In this document: piece after piece, positions 1 through 10,660 of the stretch | Position numbering within the stretch: the stretch's first letter is position 1 | How the letters are laid out: each line of letters begins with the position of its first letter | DNA from: Babesia bigemina | Taxonomy: Eukaryota | Assembly: GCF_000981445.1 (NCBI RefSeq) | Contig: NC_027216.1 | Location: 1,364,001-1,428,000 of the forward strand | Direction: 5' to 3' | Length of the DNA stretch: 64,000 bases | Translations under genes and position numbers: made by a program | Notes under the pieces: generated by a model | What the model saw: the letters and a program-made list of their open reading frames with translations, nothing else | Told to the model about the DNA's origin: nothing | Database searches by the model: none

Positions 1-600
1 CTTAAAAGACAAGTTATTTGACGTAGCTAACGGCAGCGAGTAGCTCCGAGGCTCATCAGTGCCCGCGTTCGGCGCCGGCATGGAAAATTGTGAACGCAGG
101 ATGGAATCCAATCTGCCATCAAGGAGATGTCTTCCATTATTCGTACCATTAATGGTCTTCAAGAATTGCTTTACGTTACCCCTGTAGTTTTTAATAATTG
201 ACAAGTTTTTCGCGATATTGCTATTGAGCTTGTTGTGGCTACTGAGTACGGCTTCAATGTTGACGCGCCACAGATCCCATGTCCTTTCCCACGCAATCCA
301 CAACAGCTGAGCAGCCATCTTCTCAGAGTCGTTGTTGTAGAAGGTACACTTTTGAGGGAAGCTACAAGCTCCCATCGATATCATCTTGCATTTACGGGTC
401 TTATAGACAATGGGATGGAAAATAACCTCAAGCTTCGTATGCGCCAGAGGACACGAACCCTCTGTGCAGTTCTTAAGCAACGGACACTCTATCGGTAAAT
501 AGAAATGCACATTTGGGTCCCTTCTTTTGAACTTGTTCGACAGGAAAGGGTGACTCCGAGCTGGATCGAAAGACTTAGTTACAAGAATATTTGAGGCCAT
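1..600 (-). CDS. Tandem CCCH zinc-finger protein (Unkempt/TZF-like), copy 1; 3' end lies outside the window
   Basis: ATG at 600 (MASNILVTKSFDPARSHPFLSNKFKRRDP...) and the frame is open to position 1. It is colinear with 3532-4131 at a constant offset of 3531 bp. It is absent from the ORF track because it runs off the edge. Confidence 0.85.
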   Translation of the reverse strand, partial: MASNILVTKSFDPARSHPFLSNKFKRRDPNVHFYLPIECPLLKNCTEGSCPLAHTKLEVIFHPIVYKTRKCKMISMGACSFPQKCTFYNNDSEKMAAQLLWIAWERTWDLWRVNIEAVLSSHNKLNSNIAKNLSIIKNYRGNVKQFLKTINGTNNGRHLLDGRLDSILRSQFSMPAPNAGTDEPRSYSLPLATSNNLSFK

Positions 601-1754
601 TTGTTATACAACATAACTCATAATATCTGTCTACATAAGTGCATCTGTTACAAATATTAAACTTTTGCTCATTGACAACAGAGACACTGGATAGCAAGGT
701 CTACAGCAGCCTTCTTGCTATTATTGGTTTCATCTATTATAATTCCATCGATATTTTGGTTAAATGTGTGTGTATGTTTGTATGTACTGCGTTTTTTGGT
801 TAAGATAAAGGAAGACTAGAAATCCACAGGTTCTCGACCTTCTGTCTGACGTGTGATGGTGTTGTAGAGATCATCGTGCGCGTGTGAGGCATAAACACAA
901 AAAAACAATGGTAGTAGTATTGCGTGAAAGTATTTTCGGCATTTCACTGCTTTGTTCAGCCGACATCATATTGTGCAGTTTTGGTGTTACACAACGCATC
1001 GAATGGCAATTAAGAAGGCAGCAATAACTAGACGCATCCATATAATGGTATGCAGAGGACTATATCGAAGATATACAGCAATGTGCCCTGATAAGAGTGA
1101 AGTCTTTGTTGCGATTCTGTAATAATTGGCCCTGTAAACTTGTACCTCACGCCAAACGCCGGCATATATAAGCTAATAACATCGAAGTTGTAACATGCAG
1201 CAGATGATCAGAGCTCTCAACGCGATGACATATGGTCGCTGCGTAGTGTGCTCGAGGCTGATAATTGCGGGGACGTAATGTTGCTGCGGGGGGTCGGTAA
1301 ACCCACATTATTAAACGCTGATAGTTCTAACGTAAGGCTCACGTGAATCTCTGCACGGTAGAGCTATCATTTCATGGTTCAGCATGCTCCATAAATTTGT
1401 TTAAAAAGGATGTAAACGCGCGATCCTGTTATCTTTTTCTCAATGTACACCACAACCAAGCAGACGCCAAACAACAACTGCCAAGTTATCATTTTGCGCT
1501 TTTTAAAGCCGATATTACAGTTAAAAGCATATTATTAACGTAACGTAGTTTGCTGTTAGAGTCAAGATTAAAATTCCACAGCAAAACACAGTATAACAGA
1601 AAACGACTGCCAACTTACAATACATAGATTTGAGTGTCTTAATGCGATGAAATTCATTAGAGATGTGTTAATTACAAACAAGACATATAATTTGGCAAAC
1701 TACAGTACTATGCTGCGAAACTACCTAACTGTGATAAGCAACCACATTGCAGCC

Positions 1755-2685
1755 TCACATTGGAGGTACACACCCAATGGTTGGTACCATGCCTTTTACA
1801 TCGACGATACCAGACGATTCATCCGCCTTCTCTTTTGACAGTAACATGTGGATATCCACCAATGCCCTGCATTTATAAATTACGGCAACACATAACTTAC
1901 ACTTTTAGGCAATCTATGTAGTGCCTTCGACGCTGCAGCTGATCTCTGTCAAATAGTAATAAAAAGTCAGTACACACGCAGGCATTTAGTGGTTGAAACA
2001 AATGTGCTAACCTGAGCATTCGTAAAACGTCGTCCTCCGCCTTTCGCTGCGAGAAGGACGACAGCGTATGTTGAATATTGCTGTAGAGCTACGCACAAAT
2101 GAGATATCAAGTAGCGCAATGTTAGCCTAACTGGCATTAAGCATAAAAGAGGAAGAATAATGTCGAATCGCACAGCGAACACACCTTCATAAAACGCTTG
2201 ATATCGGAAATAGAATCGCTGTCCATCTAATGAAGCGCTTTAGACGAATTAACCAAACAACCTACGTTCTTAATACGACCCAAATACGACAGCAGACAAT
2301 CCATAAAATCCGTATACAAAGCCTTAAGATGAACTCGGACATCCGAGTCCTCAACAGACACACGAATCAGAGTCTCGGAATCCAACTCCACCGTGTTGAT
2401 TGCTAGCTAAGGATGTTATGAAAACAAGTACGTCGAATTAGAACTTACGTGTTCTTGTGTTCCGAAATTGTACCAACCATCGGAAGGAGCAGAGGGGCAT
2501 TCCGGACCTGAGATGCGCTCACTGCCCAGCGTATCACCGATATGCGGTGTTAACGACGTCGTATACGGAACCGAAGGCAGAGTGTGAGCGCTCGAAACAC
2601 TATGCGACAGGCTCACATCTCTAAAAGAATAGTTCTTGTAGAAGAACGGAGGTGGAGGAAATCCAGACGCAAAATCCTCCATCAT
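1755..2685 (-). CDS. MED7: Mediator complex subunit 7 (about 6 exons)
   Basis: Exon 1 is MMEDFASGFPPPPFFYKNY...YNFG, the Med7 N-terminal PPPP-Y motif. Manual splicing of short GT-AG introns gives ...HLKALYTDFMDCLLSYL...NIQHTLSSFSQRKAEDDVLRMLRDQLQRRRHYIDCLK..., matching the Med7 C-terminal helices. Stop TGA at 1755-1757. Confidence 0.75.
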
Positions 2686-3384
2686 GACTTATGAGCTCAA
2701 CGCATGAAACTAGCTCCACATAACAACACAACAATACCCAACAATAATACAATAGCATCAATGAGTGGTGATACGTGCCACGCTGTGAACTGGCAGATAT
2801 TATTCAGCTGGGAAGTGTACGTTTGCTTATCGTGGAGTATGAGGTCATACCGACCGTACCATTGTTAAATAGGGTACTAGATTAACGCATGACGAATCAT
2901 AACAAGCGGATACTTCGAAACGTGATTGACGAAGAGTTTACGAGTTACTTCCAAATGCCTTTCAGCACAGTCGACATCCCACAAGACCCAACACGGCCGC
3001 ATCGAACATCCGACGCCTAGACAATGATGCAACTTACACACTGCAATTACTCCTCGCAAAGTAACATGCTGAGTATATACAAAACCGCTGCAGACGTCAT
3101 CTCCTTTGAGGCGGGCGCCACACACGCAGACGGACAATAAACCGAAACAGCGAACAATCTTTCTTATCGCACAACTACATAAGTTTTAACGCATACAACC
3201 CCTTAAAGAAAACAATCCGCACGACAGACGCACGACAGATGGCGGTAGACAGGATCCATGCCGGGCGTGCAATCATCCGGTGCTAGACAACATCACACAG
3301 AATTAATGAGATTCCATTTTATATCATTTTGCAAAACTAGATACGACGGTGTGTCAACAACAAATCCACTTTACACATTCGACT

Positions 3385-4131
3385 TTATATCGTTTTCTGA
3401 GACACATTCCTCAAGGAATTCATAATTAGCGATGCATACGAATCAGAGTCCGAGGCATCAAAATTTCGGATACTGCTTGGAGATAAGTCCAAAAGGTCAC
3501 TGAATTTTAAACATTCACCCACTCCGTTGAACTTAAAAGACAAGTTATTTGACGTAGCTAACGGCAGCGAGTAGCTCCGAGGCTCATCAGTGCCCGCGTT
3601 CGGCGCCGGCATGGAAAATTGTGAACGCAGGATGGAATCCAATCTGCCATCAAGGAGACTTTTTCCATTATTCGTACCATTAATGGTCTTCAAGAATTGC
3701 TTCATGTTACCCCTGTAGTTTTTAATCATCGACAAGTTCTTGGCGATACTGCCATTGAGCTTGTTGTGGCTACTGAGTACGGCTTCAATGTTGACGCGCC
3801 ACAGATCCCATGTCTTCTCCCAGACCAGCCACAGCAGCTGGGCAGCCATCTTCTCAGAGTCGTTGTTGTAGAAGGTACACTTTTGAGGGAAGCTACAAGC
3901 TCCCATCGACACCATCTTGCACTTACGGGTCTTATAGACAATAGGATGGAAAATCACCTCTAACTTAGTGTGCGCCAGAGGACACGAACCCTCTGTGCAG
4001 TTCTTAAGCAACGGACACTCTATCGGTAAATAGAAATGCACATTTGGGTCCCTTCTTTTGAACTTGTTCGACAGGAAAGGGTGACTCCGAGCTGGATCGA
4101 AAGACTTAGTGATGGGAATACTTGCCACCAT
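3385..4131 (-). CDS. Tandem CCCH zinc-finger protein (Unkempt/TZF-like), copy 2, intronless, 248 aa
   Basis: HPF...KRRDP...CPLLKNCTEGSCPLAHTKLEVIFHPIVYKTRKCKMVSMGACSFPQKCTFY follows the RRDP-CCCH-E-x-x-(F/Y)HP-x-x-YKT pattern of Unkempt and plant RR-TZF proteins. Confidence 0.85.
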   Translation of the reverse strand: MVASIPITKSFDPARSHPFLSNKFKRRDPNVHFYLPIECPLLKNCTEGSCPLAHTKLEVIFHPIVYKTRKCKMVSMGACSFPQKCTFYNNDSEKMAAQLLWLVWEKTWDLWRVNIEAVLSSHNKLNGSIAKNLSMIKNYRGNMKQFLKTINGTNNGKSLLDGRLDSILRSQFSMPAPNAGTDEPRSYSLPLATSNNLSFKFNGVGECLKFSDLLDLSPSSIRNFDASDSDSYASLIMNSLRNVSQKTI

Positions 4132-5250
4132 CTTGACAAACCAAAGGAATTTTGGAAAAACGCAATCAGATGCGCTGAGGGTCTAATAAGCGCTACATTA
4201 CCTCTTGGTCGCTGTTACCGTAACACAAACAATTCGAGATGCATTTAGAAGGCAAAATCACAATGAATCATCATGGTAGGGGATGCCATAACGGATTCGT
4301 CACAGGAAACATGTGATTCCAAACACATACCGGTTATTTGGCATAACACCTGTGTGGAGCACCATGCGTAGCAATGAATGTTGTGCTAGGTTCCATGAAC
4401 GTTGTCAGTAACTAAACCAGCGTGCTCGTCAAGATGTGTTGTTTTTGCGAGATATACGAGTTTTCTCAGACGTATTTTGAGTCACCGAAGAGTAAACCAC
4501 ACTGATTGTGACACCTGCTCCTGACACCTACTTGGTTATACAGCCTTTCCAAACCCTCCTAACCAACAACCATATCCGTATTGTGCGTGTAAAAAATGCA
4601 TTGCCTGTTCTTAAACTCCGTAAAGACGATGAATCGGTCGTAACCTTGGCCTTTAGTTAACTGAGAGGTCACACTGACCAGATAGGGCATGTATGCTATA
4701 AAGGGGCGCAACGGTGAAACACGCGATCCAGTCAACCGATATAAGATAGTAATTGCGCAGCTTTCATATGAAGCACGTGCAGGCAACGGTTGGTTCGTGT
4801 GTTTCGCTTCAATCTCTGGGGTGCGAAAAGCCCTACCCGCTTAGGTTATTTTATGGGCGATAATAACGTCTTTAATCGCCCCTTTTCAGTTCGAGCGCAG
4901 TTTCAGAGTATGATAGCCTTCGTTTCAGCCGAAAACACGCGACCGACCAACCGTTCACATGACTCCTTGCCCCCTAACATAATACCATTGGGAGTCGATA
5001 AAAAAGGCATATGAGACACACAACCCCAGCCAAAATAGATCTCTACAACCAGTGTTCTTCGGCGTTGAATGCCCCGTATGTGTTGCCCTTGTGGGTGGCC
5101 TCATGCTCACCATCACAGGGGGGCAACTCATGCATCGGCATAGAGAATCATGTCAGTGACCAGCTACGTGTCACACATGCGCCATATTCGGTTCTTCATT
5201 TCACTTCGTGTGTCACACTAATTGCGAAGATCACGCATTACAACGCCATT

Positions 5251-5814
5251 TCACGCCAATAAATGCCGTGATCCCATGACCTCGTCGGCATGACAAGCAA
5301 CAAACACAACACATGATGCGTGTGACCGTAAATCTTTTGGCGACGTTTATTTGTTGCCCGTAATCTGCATATGCTATTACTCCGGCGGTACTTGCTGACG
5401 TGACACTGTGTGGGACGCTATCCCATCGGCATTTTGCGATTCTGGTGTTCATCCTCACTGCCCAGGCCTCCGCCTAAAAATTGCCATCGGTACTATATAG
5501 CTAATCATACTGCTTGAAAGGAAAATGTGCCAGTCGAGTTGAGTGATCCATTATCAAGAGAGGAATCTATACCAGGAGTCGAGTACACTGGTAGCCGCTC
5601 CTTTGTAACATCATCCGGCATCGCTGTGCGATAATTTGGGTACGTGGTGAAACTGCCTATCGGGTTGTCGAAGCAGTCGATTTTTTTGACTCTATGCCTC
5701 AACTGACGCAGCTGCAGTTGTCTTGTGTGCCGTCAGCGTCTCAGTCACATGCCGGCGACAAAAGCTCCCGCGGTGCAACAAGCGTAGCAGGGCGACCATA
5801 GATGTAAAAAGCAT
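5251..5814 (-). CDS. Hypothetical spliced protein, possibly mitochondrion-targeted
   Basis: An Arg/Leu-rich N-terminal exon (MLFTSMVALLRLLHRGSFCRRH) can be joined through short GT-AG introns to ORFs 5505-5702 and 5231-5458. I recognise no family, and the 3' exon structure is uncertain. Confidence 0.4.
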
Positions 5815-5838
5815 GAAAAATCATATTATATGCAAGGT

Positions 5839-6414
5839 TTACAGCTTCTGTGACTCCTTGAACTTCGGGATGCTCGCGTATACGCCGCGGGCGGCATTGC
5901 CGATTACCTCGTAGATAGGCTTCACCTGAGGGTGGACCATGTCATAGTAGTGCTCACGGAAGCTCAGCCAGCCGCACAGTGCCCACACTAACAAAAACAC
6001 CAGCACGGGGAAGGACAGGATGCGAGCAAACAATCCGACGATGTAGAGCACGACCAGTGCGTTAACCGACATCATAGGATACCTCCAAAGGAGTACCGTG
6101 CGAATATATCCACAGACGCCATTGATGCTGGCGTAAGCACACTGCAACACCCCAGCAATTGTCTCCGATTTGACGAATTCGTGCTTCTCTTCATCCTCGC
6201 CGTCGTTGCACAGAGTCTTGTTGCAAAGCATCTGACATACGCCACCCAAGAAAATCGCAAAGGTTCCCACGTTTATCAGCACACGCAGCAGGTTCAGGCG
6301 CAACACATACGTCGCGAAGTAGAGGATGTTGGTGGCAACTAGCAGCGCTAGCGCCTTCTTGTCCGACACGCACGGTGTCATCTGCGACGCCGTGAGACCA
6401 CTAGTATTTGACAA
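5839..6414 (-). CDS. Reticulon-domain ER membrane protein (true start uncertain; possibly a small upstream exon near 6510)
   Basis: Two long hydrophobic hairpins are separated by a hydrophilic loop. It has the IRTVLLWR segment and a C-terminal amphipathic helix ending YASIPKFK, typical of reticulons. Confidence 0.75.
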   Translation of the reverse strand: MSNTSGLTASQMTPCVSDKKALALLVATNILYFATYVLRLNLLRVLINVGTFAIFLGGVCQMLCNKTLCNDGEDEEKHEFVKSETIAGVLQCAYASINGVCGYIRTVLLWRYPMMSVNALVVLYIVGLFARILSFPVLVFLLVWALCGWLSFREHYYDMVHPQVKPIYEVIGNAARGVYASIPKFKESQKL

Positions 6415-7160
6415 CTACGCGCCGCTGACCAGCGCGTGTACAAGCCTGTTGCAGCAGAAACGCTCAACTAATGACAGAAACTGGCCTAGCCGCGAAAATG
6501 CCGAAACCATGGAACCAGCGAACACACCAGGGAGATGGAACCACACGACACACCCTCGCAAACCGCAACCTACCGGGTATTTCAGGGCGTTACAAAAGAG
6601 TGACGAGTATTTGGGATTTCGCGAAATCTGGATATATCCGCGTATCAGCTGTGCACATAGACAACGCCAGCAGCACTCGACTGAGAGTCGTGGGTGTTCA
6701 ATTCAGCACACCGGCAATCTAATCGGAGTGACAGGAAATAGCCGCTGTCGTCCATGCGTCGTACGCGCGCCGGATTCTACGCATGGGGTCGTCATACACA
6801 CTAATCGACAACCAGCCACCGCGAAACACATCCGCAGAACACGCGGCGGTACACATGAGACGCGCACATGACTCACAGGCCGGGAAATCCCAGCCTGTTG
6901 CATTATGAGGGGCGCCTGTGCAGTTCGCCAACGCGGCTTCAGAACGCTGGGCGCTGCATACACATCGCGAAACCGAAAGCATACAGTTTGTCGAATGAGT
7001 ATTTACGTCATTTGTCCGACATTCGAATCTGCGGCGGCGGCGCATGCAGAAATGCCATTTCAATAGCACTCTGGTACGACTGGTTATTCCGCTGCTGTTG
7101 CGGTTGTGACCTCAGACGGCGCCACCTTTTTGCACCTCAGCGGCGCATGCTGCGCAGAAG

Positions 7161-7811
7161 TCAGATCTTCTCGCGCAGACGCTTCGATACGTTGCACAGG
7201 TTGTTGTAGACCTTGCCTGGTTGGTTACCCAGAATCAAACTGCAAATCGAGTGCCGCGCCATCTTGATGCTGTTGAAGCTCCCCATGATGTGGATGCGGT
7301 CATTCGCCAGCACAACGCGCGTGCGCGTCATGTTCTCGATTGCGTGCTTCGTCTTCCCGTCCTTGCCGGAGATGCGCCCGATGCAGCGCGAGAGGTGGTC
7401 GCCGCTCAGGCGCTTGACGTCCTTCACCTCGAAACTCTCCACGAAAATGTCCTCCAGACGAATCAGAGCCTCCGCGTCCTTAAGCTCGAAGCCGAGCATG
7501 AACGCGCGCAGGTAGTCCTGCGCCTTCTGCAGCAACGACAGGTCCGTAGACTCGGAAGCAGGTCGGACCTCAACCACCTTGGTCTTCGTGCACATGCGGA
7601 TCTGCAGCTTCAGGTGCTCGACCACGGTGCGCACAATAGCTTCCCAGTTGTTACGCAGCGGCGTCAGACGGTTCGCGGGCACGCTGACGCGCCTGAGGTT
7701 CACGAAGCTGTAGTTGTCAGTCTTGGGTTCTTCCTTCGGTTTCACCAGCACCACCTTTTTGCTCCTGGTCTTGGTGCGCTTCTTGATGGTCTTCTTCTTA
7801 GCATCCGTCAT
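7161..7811 (-). CDS. PNO1: Pre-rRNA processing protein PNO1/Dim2 (KH domain)
   Basis: RRVSVPANRLTPLRNNW, GDHLSRCIGRISGKDGKTKHAIEN and ICSLILGNQPGKVY are hallmark PNO1 motifs. Confidence 0.95.
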   Translation of the reverse strand: MTDAKKKTIKKRTKTRSKKVVLVKPKEEPKTDNYSFVNLRRVSVPANRLTPLRNNWEAIVRTVVEHLKLQIRMCTKTKVVEVRPASESTDLSLLQKAQDYLRAFMLGFELKDAEALIRLEDIFVESFEVKDVKRLSGDHLSRCIGRISGKDGKTKHAIENMTRTRVVLANDRIHIMGSFNSIKMARHSICSLILGNQPGKVYNNLCNVSKRLREKI

Positions 7812-8500
7812 ATTTCAAAATTTAGAGAAGTCGATGCAACAGTAGCCTTGTAACGGGATGTTTAGAGGCGGGGAACTACCATTTTGTGATACTGAACGTG
7901 AGGAGGATTCTCCGCAGCGCTCTGCGATAATGTTCGGCCGAAGGTAGTGACGAGAACGGCTACCGGTGCCTGCCACTAACAATACGCGGCAGCTAAACAG
8001 CAGGTGTGACTATAAAAAATATTTGAGTCGCGACGGCGTGCGGGTTGCGATACAGTATAACGGCGGCATAGCGAAATCGCAGCTCTGTCCCCCCATTCAC
8101 CGGGCAACGTCGCAGGAAAAGCGCGGGGTAATACACCTACGTTGGACTCAATCATGCTGGGAAGGTTATATGTGTGATAGCGTGTACTGAGATTCGGAGG
8201 ATCCATGATGTGTAGCGGGATTGTGGCGGCGTGGCGGACGATCAGAGCGTGTCTGCGCGCTTAGTGATTTAATGTATAGCAGACCAGTTGCGGCCGCCAA
8301 AAGGATGCATCCGGCTATTGAAGCGCGTATATCCACGTAGAATTGCCTTCTGTAGCGGACGACGGTCGCAGCGCATCGATTCGGGTGGTACGATGTCGCC
8401 ATCGTCAAGTCGAACCGAACGCATGACCGAACACTAATCGTAGCGACAACCGCCTCAGCTGGCACATTGGATGGTACTATCGTGTAGTTCTGGAGCAACA

Positions 8501-9296
8501 ATGGCGAGTCGTGCTTCAGCGAATATTACTGAGGAGCCGGCAGGGGCGCCCTCATGCCCGATTGAGGGGCAATTCAGCGATGAAAAGAAGCTCACAAAGT
8601 CGAGCTGCAGCTCATCGCAAACCGGTGACAGCGTCATAACGCTCATCACGAAGGCCGAGGTGAAGGATCTTAACGCCACGCGCACTCAGTCCAACATCCC
8701 AGGCAAAAACAGTAATTGGATATACCCCTCGGAGCGACAGTTCTACCGATCCACCCTCGCAAAAGGTATGTCACGTTGAATTCGCGCGGCTTGGGCCGCA
8801 GTGTGAGGTCAAGCCGTGAGGTTGTGTTTGCGCTTGCACCCCAAATGGAAACGATGCGGTACATGTCATGAGCAGGGCACCGCGTGGACGCCACGGTCAT
8901 ACCCACCGTCGTACAAATACACAACGCCATCAACGAAAAGGCCTGGGAACGCATCATGGAGTACGAGGACATGCATTACGACCGCTGCCAGAAGCCGGTA
9001 CTCGCGCATTTCATCGGAAAGAAGGACCAGCTCACCCTGCGCGCCAGGCTCAGACATCTAATGGGATACAAGCTGCCGTACGACAGGCACGACTGGACCG
9101 TAGACAGGTGCGGAAAACTCGTCAGGTACTTCGATGACCTCAGTGGCAACAATCGCGCAGGTATATCATTGACTTCTACGAGGGGCGTGCGCCGAACGAC
9201 GAACCCATCGCCGTGTACATGGACGTCAGGCCCGAGCTGTCGATGGGCGGGATCGTAGACAGGTGTCGCCTGTGGCTGAAAAGGAACCTCTGGTGA
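8501..9296 (+). CDS. HCCS: Holocytochrome c synthase / cytochrome c heme lyase (3 exons)
   Basis: N-terminal CP motif, NWIYPSERQFY, IHNAINEKAW, PYDRHDWTVDRCG, and after a 35-nt intron (9126-9160) YIIDFYEG...MDVRP. Stop TGA at 9294-9296. Confidence 0.93.
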
Positions 9297-9369
9297 TAAC
9301 CGGGGCGCGAAGGGTTTAGACATGACAACTAGCCACTTAATTATATCGCAAGTTACCAAGGCGTTGTTC

Positions 9370-9723
9370 TCACAACTGCGCATTCTTCGACGCTTCCTGC
9401 AAATGCGTCCCGACCATCGTGTGGACGTCGAGAAACTGAAAAACATCGAGTCGACGCAACTCCCACGTACCTTGTTCACACAGCGGTCCACACAGCTCTG
9501 CTCGCCGGGGTCCATACGCTCGACCTTCACGGCCGCGATGCACTTGCTCCAGCAGGAATCTCGCATCCTACGCAACGGTAAACATCGTGCCGCAGAAATA
9601 GCGGCGCTACAGCCGCGGCAACGCCGCGGTGTAACAACGCGACCACACCTACCGCTTCAACATGTCGGCCATGCCGACCAACTCGGCAACGGCGACGTTT
9701 ACGGGGTCCGCGGGCGCGTCCAT
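9370..9723 (-). CDS. TIM10: Mitochondrial small Tim chaperone (Tim10-like, 3 exons)
   Basis: Spliced product MDAPADPVNVAVAELVGMADMLKR-MRDSCWSKC...GEQSCVDRCVNK-FLDVHTMVGTHL carries the twin CX3C motif. Confidence 0.85.
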
Positions 9724-9880
9724 CTTGGCGGCCAATTGCGATGTGAATGGTGAACGAAGCTCAGTGAACGGTGCCTATGTGTGACCAATGGGCGCAGACG
9801 ACGGCGGCCACCACGCGACGGACCACACAGCTAGGTCAGCGCCGAAACGAAACGGAACACAGTCATCACGTATACGTCAT

Positions 9881-10360
9881 TCAAACTAGTTCCTTGCACT
9901 GGATGATCTTCTCCTGGCCGACGGCCGAGAGAACGGTTACCAGGACCTCCTTACCAGAAGCAACCAACGACTGAATCTGCTTGGACACCTCGTCGAAACT
10001 GCCGTCGTTGTCGCGTGGGAGCTGCAGGTCGTCCTTGCACGTTCCATCGGGGTTGAGCAGCGAGACGAAACCGTCGTCGTCGACGCTGATGAGCTGGTAC
10101 TCGGTACGCTTGACGTGAGGGACTTCCATGTTGTGCGAGGTAGGGCACACATCTTCGTACTTCTTGCCGGTGAAAATGTCGACACCAGTGATGTTGGCCT
10201 TCGCGTGACCGTGCTTGCCCGTCTTCGAAGTCGAGTAGTCCACTACCTTGCAGGGCTTGCCCTTGATCATCACGAAACCGTTCATCTTGATCGAACCGGC
10301 GGAAACCGGGACGGTGTGCGACGCGCCAGCGTCAGCGCCCTCAAACGACTCCTCAATCAT
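9881..10360 (-). CDS. EIF5A: Translation factor eIF5A
   Basis: Starts MIEESFEGADAGAS and contains the hypusination motif STSKTGKHGHAK. Confidence 0.97.
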   Translation of the reverse strand: MIEESFEGADAGASHTVPVSAGSIKMNGFVMIKGKPCKVVDYSTSKTGKHGHAKANITGVDIFTGKKYEDVCPTSHNMEVPHVKRTEYQLISVDDDGFVSLLNPDGTCKDDLQLPRDNDGSFDEVSKQIQSLVASGKEVLVTVLSAVGQEKIIQCKELV

Positions 10361-10660
10361 TTTCGCGAATCTGCACAATGTCAAAACTGGCAACGCGAAT
10401 GGCCGGCGCGCAGTACAACATCAAAGAAGGCAACGCACCTGGAAAAAGTAAGAGCAGCAAGTGCCAATGAACAGATAGCCTAATACGTCAACGTAAATAG
10501 ACGGCGCAAAGAAGCAGAAATGTTGTGCAGCACCAAGGCGGCGGCCCCTACGCAATTATAAAGCGCGTGGTGGGGAGCGACCACCAGCGCGCGCCGCCCT
10601 GACGTCATACCCCGGTCGGGTCGTGTGTAGACAGCAACGATTACGTTGTCACAGCTAAAG

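Noticed and set aside
7213..7853. Long plus-strand ORFs opposite PNO1 (and similar ones opposite eIF5A, RAD17 and the KH gene)
   Set aside because: These are antisense shadows caused by GC3-rich codon usage of clearly identified genes, with no recognisable motifs.
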